This document shows, in pieces, positions 25,295-39,740 of a stretch of 64,000 nucleotides of DNA (positions within the stretch are counted from its first letter, which is position 1; every line of letters begins with the position of its first letter). A program made the position numbers and the translations under genes. The notes under the pieces were generated by a model that worked only from the letters and a program-made list of their open reading frames with translations, did no database searches and was not told where the DNA came from. Source of the DNA: the human T2T-CHM13v2.0 reference genome, Homo sapiens. Location: the NCBI RefSeq assembly GCF_009914755.1, contig NC_060935.1. One strand, given 5' to 3'.

Positions 25295-27362
25295 AATCCA
25301 GACATTTTTATAGACAGGAAAAAGACATATTGAATGGTGCATTTTCTGAAGCCTGATCATCTGCAGTACCTATAAAATAGATCAACTGTATGCAAGTGGA
25401 GGACACATCTTAGTCTCTTCTCCCCACAGAAAGGAGATCTAACAAGAGACTGCATGAATGCTGTAGTTTGTGGAAGTGGAGTCTGGGGAGCATAAAACAA
25501 AGAAGAATGAAAAATAACGCAAGTGTCCCAGAATCTTTTGAAACAATGTGGATAACGTGTCTCAGTACTTTCTACCTGAGTAACCGAAGACGTGAGCACA
25601 CATTCACCTTTTTCTCTACTGTGGAATGACTAACTTATGATGTGTTCACTTCTCCATGCTTCTAGGCTGCACATACATGAGTGCCACGTGTGTTCCTAGA
25701 AGCATCCTGCACAGTGGATCAGAGAAGCCCTGGTGTAGAAAATAGGCGGTGCATGCTTCAGCGGATGGAAATTATGGCTACATCTTTATAAAGCTAGTGG
25801 TGGTGACAATGGCTAGTACAAAAAGGGGGCCAGTAGGATGTGAGATGGATCCCAAGACATTTTCAATACACACCAGAGGAAGGCAGATTTAGAAGATATC
25901 TCAGCAACTCTAATTTTAATGGTAATGGTCAGACCTCTTAACTCATTCAGTAAAAATTTCCCTCAGCATCTGCTATATATCCTGGAAATTGTGTTACAAA
26001 GAGGAATCAGAAACATACCTCAAAGAATTCAAAACAAATTAAGAGAGAAACAAACTGCAAAAAACTGAAAAGTATTGTGATGGAGATTAAAATATAAAAA
26101 TAGCAAGGACAGAAACTTAGCCAAATCTAAATATAATACAACTAAAAATGTAAGTGCCTAAACAAGTTTAATAAATATTTTGTAAATTGAAGGTGACTAT
26201 GCAAATCTTGTTGGCATAGAACCTGATTTTTGGACTGAGCTTTTAGAAGGGAAGGGTCATATTTAAATTAAAGTAGGAAGACATAGTTAAAAGAATACTA
26301 ATATGGCAGAGCAGCAGAATACGATGCTGCTGTATGAAAATTTACTCAGTAATAATGGAGTAAGATTCAAAGGCAATTGGTGTGCATGAGTATAATTTAC
26401 AAACTCTTCAATTCAGGAAGAAATAAAATTAATGATCTCAAAATCTAGAGCATCAGAAATGTTAAAATCCAATGAAATAATGGAGCCTTTGCAAAAGGTA
26501 CACTTCAAAATTTGCATGGTGATGCTATTTACTGAGGAGAGCTTACCAAAAAGTATTTTCTACCATGACAAAATATACAAAGGGCACTGTCCCATAATCA
26601 ACTTTATTCAACTGAAACAGGTAAAATCAATTTATTTCTAGAAATGCTAATTAGAAATGTAATGCACATCACCAAATAAGTAAATGCACTTTGATTTCTC
26701 AGTGTTTTTTTTTTCTAAATTTGGTAGCTCAAACTCAGACAAATTATATACAAATTACTGAAAATAAGTAGTTAATATAAGCCTGAAGGGAGAAAGTATT
26801 ATACTTACTAAAATAATCCATAACCAATCAGATCAAGTAGCTTTTTTCCACTGAGATATTAAAGTGTTGATTAAAGGAGGGACATTACTGAATGGGGAAA
26901 GAATACAACTAAAACCTCAGATTTGTTTTGTTGTATGTTCTCGTTATAGTGCACTGCATAGGTAAGAAATATATCACAAGTGTTTAATAAAAATGCTATT
27001 CAGAGCATATTTAGGCAAAATGAGAATTAAAATATTCAATAAAGAGTAAGCTATTTTCTTCAATGAGCCTAAAATTTATCAAATTTTGGAATATTATTAA
27101 AAAGTTGTATAAGTCAGAAAGTAACATAAATGTAAGACTAGAACTAATATTTACTAAAAATATTTTGATAAACATTTTATATGTATTATCTCATTTAATC
27201 CTAATAACAAATCCAAAGGGAAGTATATTATTATCTCCATTGTTCAGAGAAGAATATTAGGCTTACCATGAGTAATAAGTTGCTCACAATAGTGTATATT
27301 AGAAGAGCCTAGATTTACACCTGACAGCCTGACCACTACATTGTAGCAATACATTAAACTAT

Positions 27363-28240
27363 TTGTTTTCCCAAAAGTCATTCGAGAGCAAGTTATTTAG
27401 TTTCCATGTAATTGTGTGGTTTTTGAGAGATCTTCTTGGTATTGATTTATATTTTTATTCCATTTTGGTCTAAGAGTATGCTTGCTATAATTTTGATTTT
27501 TTTTTAATTTATTGAGACTTACTTTATGGCTGAGCATGTGGTCAATCTTAGAGTATGTCCTATGTGCAGATGAAAAGAATGTATATTCTGTGGTTATTAG
27601 ATGAGTATTTTGTAAATGCCTATTAGGTCTAACTGGTCAAGTATAGAAATTAAGTCTACAATTTCGTTGTTAGTTTTCTGCCTTGATGATCTGTCTAATG
27701 CTGTCAGTGGAGTGTCGAAGTCCCTCATTATTATTGTGTGGTTGTTTAAGTCTTTTTATGGATCTACAACTACTAGTTTTATAAATCTAGGTGCTCCAAT
27801 GTTGGATGTGTATATATTTAGGATAGTTAAGTCTTCTTTTTGAATTGAATACCTTATCATTATGTAATGCCATACTTAGCCCTTTTTAACCATTGTTAGT
27901 TTAAAGTCTGTTTTATCTGGTGTGAGAATAGTGACCACTGCTCTTTTTTGTTTCTTTGTTTGTTTTCCATTAGTGTGCTAGATCTTTCTCACTTTACCTT
28001 GGGACTGTGGGTGTCATTATATGTAAGATGGGTCTCTTGAAGACAGCAGAGGGTTCGGTATTTTTTTTTATCCAACATGCCAGATTGTACCTTTCAAGTG
28101 AGGCGTTTAGAACATTACATTCAAGGTTAATATTGATATTTGAGATTTCGTTTCTGTAGTAGTATTGTAAGCTGATTGCTTTGTATTCTCAATTGTGCAG
28201 TTGCTTCATAGCATCTGTAGGCTATGTACCTAAATGTGAT
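27363..28240 (-). mobile_element. Inverted 5' segment of a LINE-1 (inter-ORF region and ORF2 endonuclease part)
   Basis: Antisense ORF2 start (atatcaatattaaccttgaatgtaa on - strand) directly joined to the sense L1. Confidence 0.85.
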
Positions 28241-30425
28241 TAAAAAAAAAACCTCAACAAACTAGGCATTGAGGGAACCTACCTCAAATTAATAAGAGTC
28301 ATATATAACAACCTCAAAGCCAACATCATACAGAGTGGACTAAAGCTGGAACCATTCCTCTGAAGAACTAGAACAAGATAAGGAAGCTCACTGTCACCAA
28401 TCCTATTCACATAGTACTAGAAGTCTTATTCAGAGTAGTCAGGCAAGAGAAGGAAATAAAAAGCATCCAAATAGGAAAAGAAAATATCAACCTATCTTCA
28501 CTGATGATATGATTTTATATCTAAAAAGCTCTAAAGATTACACCAAAATTCTCCTAGAATTGACAAATGACTTTAGTAAAGTCTCAGGATATCAAATCAA
28601 TGTACAGAAGTGAATACTATTTCTATACAATGATGACATTCAAACTGAGAGTGAAATCAAGAAAGCAATCTCTTTTACAACAGCCATGAAAACAAAACAA
28701 AACAAAACAAAACACTTAAGAATACATCTAAGCAAGGAGATGAAAAATCTCTACAGGGATAACTAGAAAACGTTGTTGAAGGGAGTCATAAGTGACACAA
28801 ACAAATGGGAAAACATTCCATGCTCATGGATTGGAAGAATCAGTGTCTTTAAAATGACCATACTTCCCAAAGCAGTCTAGAAATTCAACACTATTCCTAT
28901 CAAATTACTGAAGACATTTTTCACACAACTAGGGAAAGAAAACTATTCTGAAATTCACATGGAACTAAAAAGAGCCCAAATAGCCAAAGCACTCCTAAGC
29001 AAAAAGAACAAATCTGGAGGCATCACACTACCTGACTTAAAAGTATACTACAAGGATACAGTAACCAAAACAGCATGGTACTGGTACAAAAACAGACACA
29101 CAGACCAACAGAACAGAATAGAAAACCCAGAATTAAAGCTGCTTACCTACAACCATCTGATCTTTGACAAAGTTGATAAAAATAAGCAGTGGAGAAAGGA
29201 CTTCTTATTCAATCAATAGTGCTGGATATGGCTAGCCATATGCAGAAGAATGAAACTGGACCCCCACCCTTCACCATACACAAACACTAATGCAGTACAG
29301 ATTAAAGAGTCAGTAAGACCTAAAACTATAAAAATCCTAGAAGAAAACCTAGGAAATTTCCTTCCTGATTTGGCCTTGGCAGAGAATAAATGGCTAAGTC
29401 CTCCGAAACAATTGCAGCAATCAAATATAAATGACAAGTGGGACCTAATTAAACTAAAGAGCTTCTGCATAGAAAAAAAATCGTCAACATAGTAAAAAGA
29501 TAACCTACAGAATGAGAGAAATACTTGAAAGCTATGCCTCCAGCAAAGATCTAATATTCAGAATCTAAAAGGAAAAAATAAATCAACAAGCAAAAAACAA
29601 ATAACCCCATGATAAAGTGGACAAAGGTCATGAACAGACATATCTCAAAAGAAGACATACAAGTTACCAACAAAGAAGTGAAAAAATGCTTATCATCAAC
29701 AATCATCAGAGAAATGCAAATCAAAACTTTGATGTGGTATTATCTTATACGAGTCAGAATGGCTATTATTAAACAGTCAAAAAATAACAGATGTTAGTGA
29801 GGATGCAGGGAAAAGGGAACACTTATACATTGTTGGTGGGTCTGTAAATTATTACAGCCATTGTGGAAATTTCTCAGAGAACTTAAAATAGAATTATCAT
29901 TTGATCCAGCAATCCCATTACTGGGTATGTGCCAAAAGTAAAATAATTCTACCAAAAACAGACATACACCCAGATGTTTAGTACAGCAATATTCACAATA
30001 GCAAAGACATGGAATCAATGTAGGTACTCATCAATAGTAGATTGGACAAAGAAAATGAGGTACATATATATGATAGAATAAAATGTAGCCATTAAAAAAG
30101 AACAAAATAATTTCCTTTACAGCAACATGGATGCAGCTGGAGGCCGTTATCCTAAGCCAACTAATGCAGAAACAGAAAATTAAATTCTGCATGTTCTCAT
30201 TTTTAGGTGGGAGCTAAACATTATGTACTCATGGACATAAAGATAGGAACAGTAGACACTGGGGACTACAGCAGTGGGGTGAGAGGGATGGGGGCAAGTG
30301 TTGGAAAACTGCTGCTGTTTACCACCTGGGTGATGGGTTAAATCATGCACCAAACCTCAGCATCATGCAATAGACCTTTGTAACAAACCTGCCCCTGAAT
30401 CTAAATAAAAGTTGAAAAATAAAAT
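28241..30425 (+). mobile_element. LINE-1 3' part (L1PA16/L1PB-like), decayed ORF2 and 3'UTR
   Basis: ORF2 fragments such as [18 protein letters not shown] and [11 protein letters not shown]; ends ccctgaatctaaataaaagttgaaaaa. Confidence 0.92.
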
Positions 30426-30668
30426 AATAGCCATCCTAAAATAATATACATTTAAAATAATTGTTTCAAAAACTCCAAAGTCAAAAATATTTGTTAGTTT
30501 TTTTGAAGGCAGAAAAAGACATATCTTTAGATCTATGAAAATGAAGACTTTTGAGAAAAAAACAGTCTCTGGATATTCAGGAAGAGTGAAAGAATAAAAT
30601 CAGAATCTTTTAGATAGTATTCCTGTAATTTAGGGTGTTAAAGATACTTTAGAATTTTAAAACTTGAA

Positions 30669-30953
30669 GCCGAGCGCAGTGGCTCACGCCTGTAATCCCA
30701 GCACTTTGGGAGGCCGAGGTGGGCAGATTACTTGAGGTCAAGAGTTGGAAACTAGCCTGGCCAACATGGTGAAACCCCGTCCCTACTAAAACTACAAAAA
30801 TTAACTGGGCGTGGTGGTGGGTGAATCGCTTGAACCTAGGAGGAAGAGGTTGCAGTGAGATGAGATCTCACCACTGCACTCCAGCATGGGCGACAGAGCA
30901 AGACTCCATCTCAAAAAAAAAAAAAAAATTAAAAAATTAAAACTAAAAATAAA
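30669..30953 (+). mobile_element. AluS with ~40-bp right-arm deletion
   Basis: gtggtggtgggt joined directly to gaatcgcttgaacc; TSD taaaacttgaa. Confidence 0.9.
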
Positions 30954-31115
30954 TAAAACTTGAAAAAGTCACACACAAAAAATGAATTATTGTGAAAGCT
31001 ATTACACCAGAAAATCTACCTCTTGTAAATTATGGAAGGATAAGAAAAATGAAAATGATCAATACTAATAGAACAATAGTAGAAATTTAGTCATGAATGG
31101 TTGTCAAAAACTGAA

Positions 31116-31279
31116 TTTTTTTTTTTTTTTTGAGGCGGAGTCTCGCTCCGTCCCTCAGGCTGGAGTAGAGTGGCGCTATCTCGGCTCACTTCAAGCTCCG
31201 CCTCCCGGGTTCACGCCATGCTCCTGCTTCAGCCTCCGGAGTAGCTGGGACTACAGGTGCCCGCCACCACGCCCGGCTA
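31116..31279 (-). mobile_element. AluY right arm only (5'-truncated insertion)
   Basis: caagctccgcctcccgggttcacgcca; TSD caaaaactga on both sides. Confidence 0.92.
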
Positions 31280-31731
31280 CAAAAACTGATTTTTAACTTT
31301 ATATTAAACTCTTTATGTTACTGAAATACATATTTTTGTACATCATTTGAATACATTTTTTTACCACAACTTCACAATCAAGTGTTGTTCAGAAATCTTG
31401 ATTTTTAACTTTATATGCTTGATGTATTTTTATATCCTTCTTATATGAACTTGTGATGAAAGATTTTCTTAAAATTTTTTTATGATTTTTGTTGTTTTTA
31501 TTTACCTTTTCACTTATCTTAATTCTTTGGAAGAGCAGTTTAAATGGAAAATCCGAGTGTCTTGTGATGCTACTGACTTATGGGTACCTTTGAGGCATTT
31601 ATTCTGTGGCCGATAAAGTGAGGTCATTGTCTTCTATATTTCGTACATGTACAGTGAAGTGAATTCAGAATATATGTCAGAAAGTGAAATAATCTTTGCA
31701 TAACTTTGAGCAAATATCTAGAGGCTATTGA

Positions 31732-32094
<363 letters not shown>

Positions 32095-33593
32095 CGGAAA
32101 AACAGTTCTAAGGAAAAATTATAGTACTGCATTATTGCATAAAATTTTTGCCTGTTATCTCTAATAACTGCTGGCAAAAGAGGACTATAATAAAATAATC
32201 CCCTCTGTAGAAGAATGCACAGAACAAAAAGTTCCCATTTTAAAATAAAAATAATAGGCAAATTATATCACTATATGTGGAATAAAAGCAATAAATATTC
32301 CTTTAGACTTTTGATTTGCATAAATTGTATCACAGAATGTTTCCTGTATGGTGATGGCTTTGCATTCAGTTGTAGGTAAGCCAGTCATTATTACTGGGCA
32401 AAATTGTGACATTTGTACTTCTACAAGTGGAGCAACAGTCAGAGCATAGTAGAAAAAAATGGCTGATGTATAGAATACCAGGCATTTCTAGGAGCAGCAA
32501 TTTAATATTTTATCCCCAGAAGGAAACCTAAGAACTGTAGGATAAGTTAGAGTTTAAGATTGTTTTTGAGAATTATGGAAAATTAAATGGGATTCATAGA
32601 ATCAGTGATGGTTAGTGAAAGAAAGGAAGAAATGAATTATGGAGAAGAGCTTGGATATAAACCCAGTGGTTGTGCAATCTTTGTCAGTTTAGTTTTCTAA
32701 ATTTAATGAAATGTTTATGATGCTATCCAGTTTACAAAAGACGATTTTCTCTGGCCTGATGATTCAGACCAACATGGTTCAAACACAGATGTGGTGGTTT
32801 TTTGTGCATAATAAAATTTTATAAAGCACATTAAAAAAATATGATACATGTAACAGTTGGAGGAGTGAGAGACTTACATGAATAATACCTGCAGTTAAAA
32901 TGAGAGTAAGAGAATTCACACTGATTAATTTTGCAGAGATGGTAATTCTGCAAACAGTCTTTACCCATAAACTCTCAAGTACATTTGAGACCATAGTAAG
33001 TGTTTAACTGGCTGAGGGCATATGGATTTTTAAGACATTATTTAAGAGAACACCAAATTGTATCAATATTGTAAGTAATGTGGTTGAAAAAGAGAGAGAT
33101 TTTGCAACTTTGCATGTGTAAACACTTATAAGAGAAGTCAATTTTGTTCCTTAGCAATATTTTTAATGTTTAATAATGTTTTATGGATAAATGATTTAAC
33201 TATGAAATAATAATTCCAATATAAATTATGATCAGAAAGTTTGAGATCAAAACAATTCCTAATTTGGGGCATGCTGGAGAATACATTCAAAAACATTCTG
33301 CATTTTTTGAAAGAAGTCAGCATAAGTACTATAATAATTCAATTTACAAATGAGATAAAAAGGTATTTCAATAAAATGTTAGCAAAGAGAAGACAATTAT
33401 TTCAAGTTCTTTAGAGAACATACTAATACAGATAATAACCAAATTACACACAAATTATACAAAGGCACATTATTTAATGAAAATTGATTTTAAATACAAT
33501 TAAAATTGTCAAAGGGAGACTTAAAGAAAAATACAGATGCCAATATATAGTCAGAAAAGTAGATACCACTCTAAGCATTTTAATTTTAAAAAT

Positions 33594-33890
33594 TATTATT
33601 ATTATTATTTGAGACAGGGTCTCACTCTGTCACTCAGGCTGTAGTACAGTGGCATGATCACGGCTCACTGCAGCCTTGACCTCTCAGGCTCAAGTGATCC
33701 TCCCACCTCAGCCCTGCAAGTAGCTGACACTACAGGTGCATTCCACCATCCCTGGCTAATTTTTGTATTTTTTTTAGAGATGGGGTTTCATCATGTTGCC
33801 CAGGCTGGTCTTGAACTCCTGAAATCAAGCAGTCTGCCAACCTTGGCCTCCCAAAATGTTGAGATTGTAGATGTGAACCACCATCCCCCA
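33594..33890 (-). mobile_element. AluJ
   Basis: gagacagggtctcactctgtc...atcacggctcactgcagccttgacc; degenerate TSD ta(a/g)gcatttta. Confidence 0.9.
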
Positions 33891-33971
33891 CAACTATAGG
33901 CATTTTAGAAGAGCTTTAACGTATAAAATTCGTTATAAAATGGATAGGCTATAAGTAGAAAAAAGTGAGGT

Positions 33972-36664
33972 TGCCTCCAAGACTGAACCAGGAAGAAACT
34001 GAATCCCAGAACAGGCCAGTAATGAGTTCCAAAATTGAACCAGTAATAAAAAGCCTACCAACCAAAAAAAGCCCAGGGGCAGATAGATTCACAGCCAAAT
34101 TTTACCAGACATATGAAGAAGAGCTGGTAGAATTCCTACTGAAACTGTTCCCAAAAATTAAGGAACTTATTCCCTAGGGCCAGCATCCTCCTGATAACAA
34201 AACCTGGCAGAGACACAGCAAAAAAGAGAAACCTTTAGGCCAATATTCTTGATGAACGTAGATGCAAAAATTCTTAACAAAATACTAGCAGACCAAATGC
34301 AACAACATATCAAAAGCTGATTCACCATGATCATATTGGTTGTAAGAGGGATGCAAGGTTGGTTCAACATTCACAAATTAATAAATGTAATTCATCACAG
34401 AAAGAGAACTAATAACAAAAAGCCACATGGTTATCTAAATAGATGCAGGAAAGGCTTTTGATAAAATGCAACATCATTTTATGTTAAAGATCCTTAATAA
34501 ACTATGCATTGAAGAAACATATTTCAAGATAATAACAGCCATCTATGACTCATACTAAATGAGAAAAAGCTGGAAGAATTGCCCTTGAAAACTATAGCAA
34601 GAAAATAATGCCCTTTCTCACTACTCCTATTCAACAAAGTACTGAAAGTCTTGGCCAGAGCAATCAGGAAGCAGGAAGAAATAAAACACATCTAAACAGG
34701 AAGAGAGGAAGTCAAACTATCCATATTTACAGACAACATGATTCTTTATCTCGAAAACCCCATAATCTTTGCCCAAAATTCCTTGGTCTGATAAACAACT
34801 TCAGTAAATTCTAGGACACAAAATCAGTAGCATTCCTATACACCAACAACATCCTAGCTGAGAGCCAAATCAGGAATGCAATCCCATTCGCAGTTGACAT
34901 AAAAAGAACAAAAAATACCTAGGAATACAGCTAACCAGGGAAGTAAAAGATCCCTACAACAAGAATTACAAAACACTGCCAAAAGAAATCAGAGATAACA
35001 CAAACAAATGGAAAAACATTCCATGCTCATGGATAGGAAGAATCAGTGTTGTTAAAATGGCCATCCCATACTGCCCAAAGCAATGAACAGATTCAATGCT
35101 ATTCCTGTCAAACTACCAAAGAAATTCTTCGCAGAATTAGAAAAAAAACTTTTTAAAAATTCACATGGAACCAAAAAAGAGCCTGAATAGCCAAGGCAAT
35201 CTTAAGCAAAAAGCACAAAGCTGGAGGCATCACATTACCTGACTTCAATTTATACTGCAAGGCTACAGTAACCAAAGCAGCATGGTACTGGTACAAAAGC
35301 AGGCACATAGACAAATGGAACAGAATAGAGAGCCCAGAAGTAATGCTACAGCTACAACCGTCTGATCTTCAACAAAGCAATCAGGAAAGGACTCCTTATT
35401 CAATAAATGGTATTGGGAAAACTGGCTAGCCATATGCAGGAGATTGAAACTGTACCCCTTCTGTACTACATATCCAAAAATCAACTCAGGGTAGATTAGA
35501 CTGAAAAGTAAAGCCTAATAATACAAAAACTCGGGAAGATACTCTCAGAAATACCATTCTGCATATAGAACCTGGCAAAGATTTCATGACAAAGATGCCA
35601 AAAGCAATTGCAAAAAAAGCAAAAATTGACAAAAAGGATCTAATTAAACTAAAGAGCTTCTGCAGAGCAAAAGAAACTATCAAGAGTAAAAGACAACCTG
35701 CAGAATGGGAGAAAATATTTGCAAACTGTGCATCTGACAAAGGTCTAATGTCCAGAATCTATAAGGAACTTGCACAAATTTACAAGCAAAAAACAAGCAA
35801 CCACATTAAAAAGTGGACAAAGAACATGAAAAGACACTTTTCAGAAGAAGGCATACATGTGGCCAACAAGCATAAGAAAACAACGCTCAACATCACTAAT
35901 TATTAGAGAAATGCAAATAATAACCACAATAAGAAACCATCTCACACCAGTCAGAATGGCTACTATTAAAAAGTCAAAAAACTAACAGGTGCTGGCAAGA
36001 TTGTGGAGAAAAGGGAGCACTTATATACTTCTGGTGGGAGTGCAAATTGTTTCAGGCATTGTGGAAAGCATTGTGGTGATTCCTCAAAAACTTAAAACAG
36101 AATTACCATTCGACCCAGCAATCTCATTATTGGGTATATACCCACGAGAATATATATCATTCTACCATAAAGACTCATGCACACATATGTTAATTGTAGG
36201 ACTTTTCACAATAGCAAAGACATGGAATCAATCTAAATGCCCATCAATGTTAGACTGGATAAAAAGAAAATATGGTACATACACACCATGAAATATTATG
36301 CAGCCATAAAAAACAATGGGATCATGTCCTTTGCAGTAACATAGATGGAGCCGGAGGTCATTATCCTAAGGAAAGTAATGCAGGAACAGAAAACAACCAA
36401 ATACTTCATGTTTTCACTTATTAGTGGGAATTAAACAGTGAGAACACATGACATAAAGAGAGCAACAACAGACACCAGGGCGTACTTGAGGGTGGAGGGT
36501 GGGAGGTTGGAGAGGGTCAGAAAAAATACCTGTTGAGTACTATGCTTAATACCTGGTTGACGAAATAAACTGTATACCAAACCCACATGGCGTGCACTAT
36601 ATAACCTATATAACAAGCTTCTACATGTACCCATGCACCCAAAATAAAAGCTGAAAAAAAAAAA
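33972..36664 (+). mobile_element. 5'-truncated LINE-1 (L1PA15/16-like), decayed ORF2 and 3'UTR
   Basis: ORF2 fragments ([38 protein letters not shown]), polyA; TSD aaaaagtg(a/t)ggtt. Confidence 0.93.
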
Positions 36665-36699
36665 GCGAGAAAGAAAAAGTGTGGTTACCAAGAGAGGAG

Positions 36700-37285
36700 A
36701 AACTATAGTAAACACCACCTTTCATCACGCCAGGAAAAATAACAGGGAACACTGCCCAAAGCCAATGATCCATATGCCAGTGAGGCTTCTGGAGTATCTG
36801 TGGTGTTGTATCTATTGGAATCACCATTGCTGAAGCTTTGCAGGAGCCACAAGTCTATAGTCCCATTAGGCAAGGCAGGCCTGGCAGCCTCAAATTGCCC
36901 AAAGCTTTTACTGCTATAGTTACTGCAGAAGTCAGAGTCTATGGGCACTCTGCTATTGAGATTAACGTGGTGCTTACTGTTGTTGCTTCCACTGCCTGAC
37001 GCAGGTCCATAGGTGCCATTCTTCTGACTGAGGCTACTGGGATTTACTTCAACTGGTTTTTTGACACAACACTGCCTAAATCAGAAGCTGTTGTGGCTGC
37101 TACTGGATACGTGAATAGAACCAAAAAAGAACACATTTTCTCTTCTCCCACCTTACAATCTTCCTTCAGTACCTCCCATTGGTTGGCAAGGGAACATGAG
37201 AAATGTAGTTTTCAGCCTTCTAAACTCCAGTGATATGGAAGAGAACATGTAAAGGCAGAAATGGAGATAAAAGCCAAAGACGAAT
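36700..37285 (-). mobile_element. Ancient LTR relic (LTR78-like)
   Basis: agtacctcccattgg...ggcaagggaacatgagaaatgtagtttt motif; weak. Confidence 0.4.
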
Positions 37286-37466
37286 AATAAATATACAATG
37301 TATAGTGCCTCCATTGCATTTATAAAAGTTATAAATACATGGGAAATCAATTATGTCATCTGAGTTGACTGAAATGTTATTTCTAGTAGGCTTGAAGTAA
37401 TGGCTGGCAGGGTTAAGAAGCAGGGAGAGGAAAATAATACAGTTGCAAAATAAGAACAAGTTTAGA

Positions 37467-37760
37467 GGCCAGGTGCAGTGGCTCACGCCTGTAATCCCAG
37501 CACTTTGGGAGGCTGAGGTGGGTGGATCACAAGTTCAGGAGATTGAGACCATCCTGGCCAACATGGTGAAACCCCATCTTTACTAAAAATACAAAAATTA
37601 GCCAGGTGTGGTGGTGGCCACCTGTAGTCCCAGCTACTCAAGAGGCTGAGACAGGAGAATCGCTTGAATCCGGGAGGCTAAGACTGCAGTGGGCCTAGAT
37701 CGCGCCACTGCACTCCAGCCAGGGCAACAGAGCGAGACTTGTCTCAAAACAAAAAAAAAA
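37467..37760 (+). mobile_element. AluS (Sc/Sx3-like)
   Basis: Full dimer; TSD aagtttaga. Confidence 0.92.
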
Positions 37761-38289
37761 AGTTTAGAAAACAAAAGGGTCAACATTCTGGGACCCAAAA
37801 TATTCACTCTAAATTCTAGTGTAAATTAACCTGAAAAAAATTAGAACTAGAGGATGGACAGACGCTGCATGGAGTTAGGACACAGAAAGACACTGATGCA
37901 CATACTGGGTAATGGGCAAGATCATGTGACTATAGCAAAATCTTTTCAGCTGTTATCTACAGCACTTGAAGCTCTGAAAGCCAAAGGAAAAAAATTTCAG
38001 CTTGAGCTCCTGAAATTATTTAAACAATCGAGCTTTATTAGTACTCTCCAAAAGTACAGTTCTCAATCCTACCTAACCTACATCATTTCTGGTACTTCCT
38101 TTACATCCCTAAAATGCATTTCATAAATTACATAACCTAATTAACTCCACATATTTTTTAAATCACTGGGAAGCCAATAACATAAATATAAAAGATAAAT
38201 AGGATCAAGGAAAATCATTATAATATGCATTTCATATGTAATAGCTCAGGTATGAAAGCAGTAGAAGACTCAATAAAGAGATATTAAAG

Positions 38290-39080
38290 CCTGTTGTGTT
38301 ATGTATTTCCTGTTTCCCTCCCCGTATCTGCACTCCACACTTACACATCGTGCTATATGTTCTAGAGAAATGACTCAGCTATATCATTGAACTGTTTTGC
38401 TTTCTAACTTCTGCTGGAATTTCTCAATACAAGACACCAGCAGGTGTCAAAGGCAGGGAGAAAAAGGTGTGGCATTTATTTATTATTATTATTTGAGACA
38501 AGGTTTTACTCTGTTGCCCAGGAGACCGTGCAGTGGCAAGATCATGGCTCACTGCAGCCTCGAACTCCCGGGTTCTGGTGGTTCTCCCTCCTCAGCCTTC
38601 TGAGTAGCTGGGACTACAGGCATGCACAACCATGCCCATCTAATTTTTTAAAATATTTTGAGAGACGGAGCCTCACTATGTTGCCCAAGCTGACCTGAAA
38701 CTCCTGGGCTCAGGGCATCCTCCCTTCTTAGCCTCCTAAATTGTTGGGATTTCAGGAGTGAGCCACCACTATGCCCCACACTGGGGGTGTCTAACGTTTG
38801 TCTCCCTGCCAGTTCATAGGTTTGTCACATTTTAGTACAGATTACAACAGTCCTCTCTATACCACTACCTCTCCAGGTTCTAGTAATTGCTTTATTCTTT
38901 GTTTCTTTAGGTTTAGGAATGATATTAGAACCCTAAATGTATGATTCCTGGGTTACTTTGCTATTCCTACCCACCCTCACCAAGCCCTGTCCACATCTTT
39001 GTAAAGAGATCTTTTATTAAAACTTCTTGCAATCACACAGTTTGTAAATTCTATCTGTCCTTATCATGTCTTGACAATGT
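38290..39080 (+). mobile_element. Degraded ERVL LTR (LTR33A/LTR16-like) split by AluJ
   Basis: ctctccaggttctagtaa...ccctgtccacatctttgtaaa...ttattaaa motifs. Confidence 0.55.
38477..38778 (-). mobile_element. AluJ
   Basis: atcatggctcactgcagcctcgaactcc; aactcctgggctca. Confidence 0.9.
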
Positions 39081-39524
39081 TATACATTTATTTTTAATAA
39101 ATATGCTTAGATTTATGAAAAGTAAGATGGTAGGAAGCTGTTTAATAACAAATATATAAGAAAATTATATAAGAATATTATGACTGGAGTCAGAAACAAA
39201 ATCTAATATTAGGATAAAAAAATCATCTTTTTTGTGTATAAGAAGGGAACTAGATAATCTCAACTGGGATAGAGAGAACATTCCAAGATATAGATTGTGA
39301 AAGTGGAAAAACTGAAAAGTATAATATTCTCACAAACGTGTTAGATCTTATTTATTAGCATCAAAATAATTCCTCATGTTTATGATTAAGTACTACAAGA
39401 TACAGTTAATATCTTCAAATGTTACCACATATTAACAAACACATTCAGTTGTAATACATAAGACAACTTTGAAGAGCTTTTACTTCAATAAGTAATAGGG
39501 AATAGAGAATGGATTAGAACAAGG

Positions 39525-39739
39525 AGCCTGGTCAACATGGCGAAACCCCATCTCCACTAAAAATACAAATATTAGCCGGGCATTGTGGTACACGCCTGTA
39601 ATTCCAGCTATTCAGAAGGCTGAGGCATGAGAATTGCTTGAACCCAGGAGGTGGAGGTTGCAGTGAGCCCAAACCACCACTGCACTCCAGTCTGGGCAAC
39701 AGAGTGAGACCCTGTCTTTAAAAAATAAAAAAAAAAAAA
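39525..39739 (+). mobile_element. 5'-truncated AluS
   Basis: Starts agcctggtcaacatggcgaaacccc; A tail. Confidence 0.88.
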
Positions 39740-39740
39740 T

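Noticed and set aside
25357-25870. Non-repeat, slightly GC-richer stretch with acceptor-like ctcttctccccacag
   Set aside because: No paired strong donor, recognisable ORF or motif to support a call
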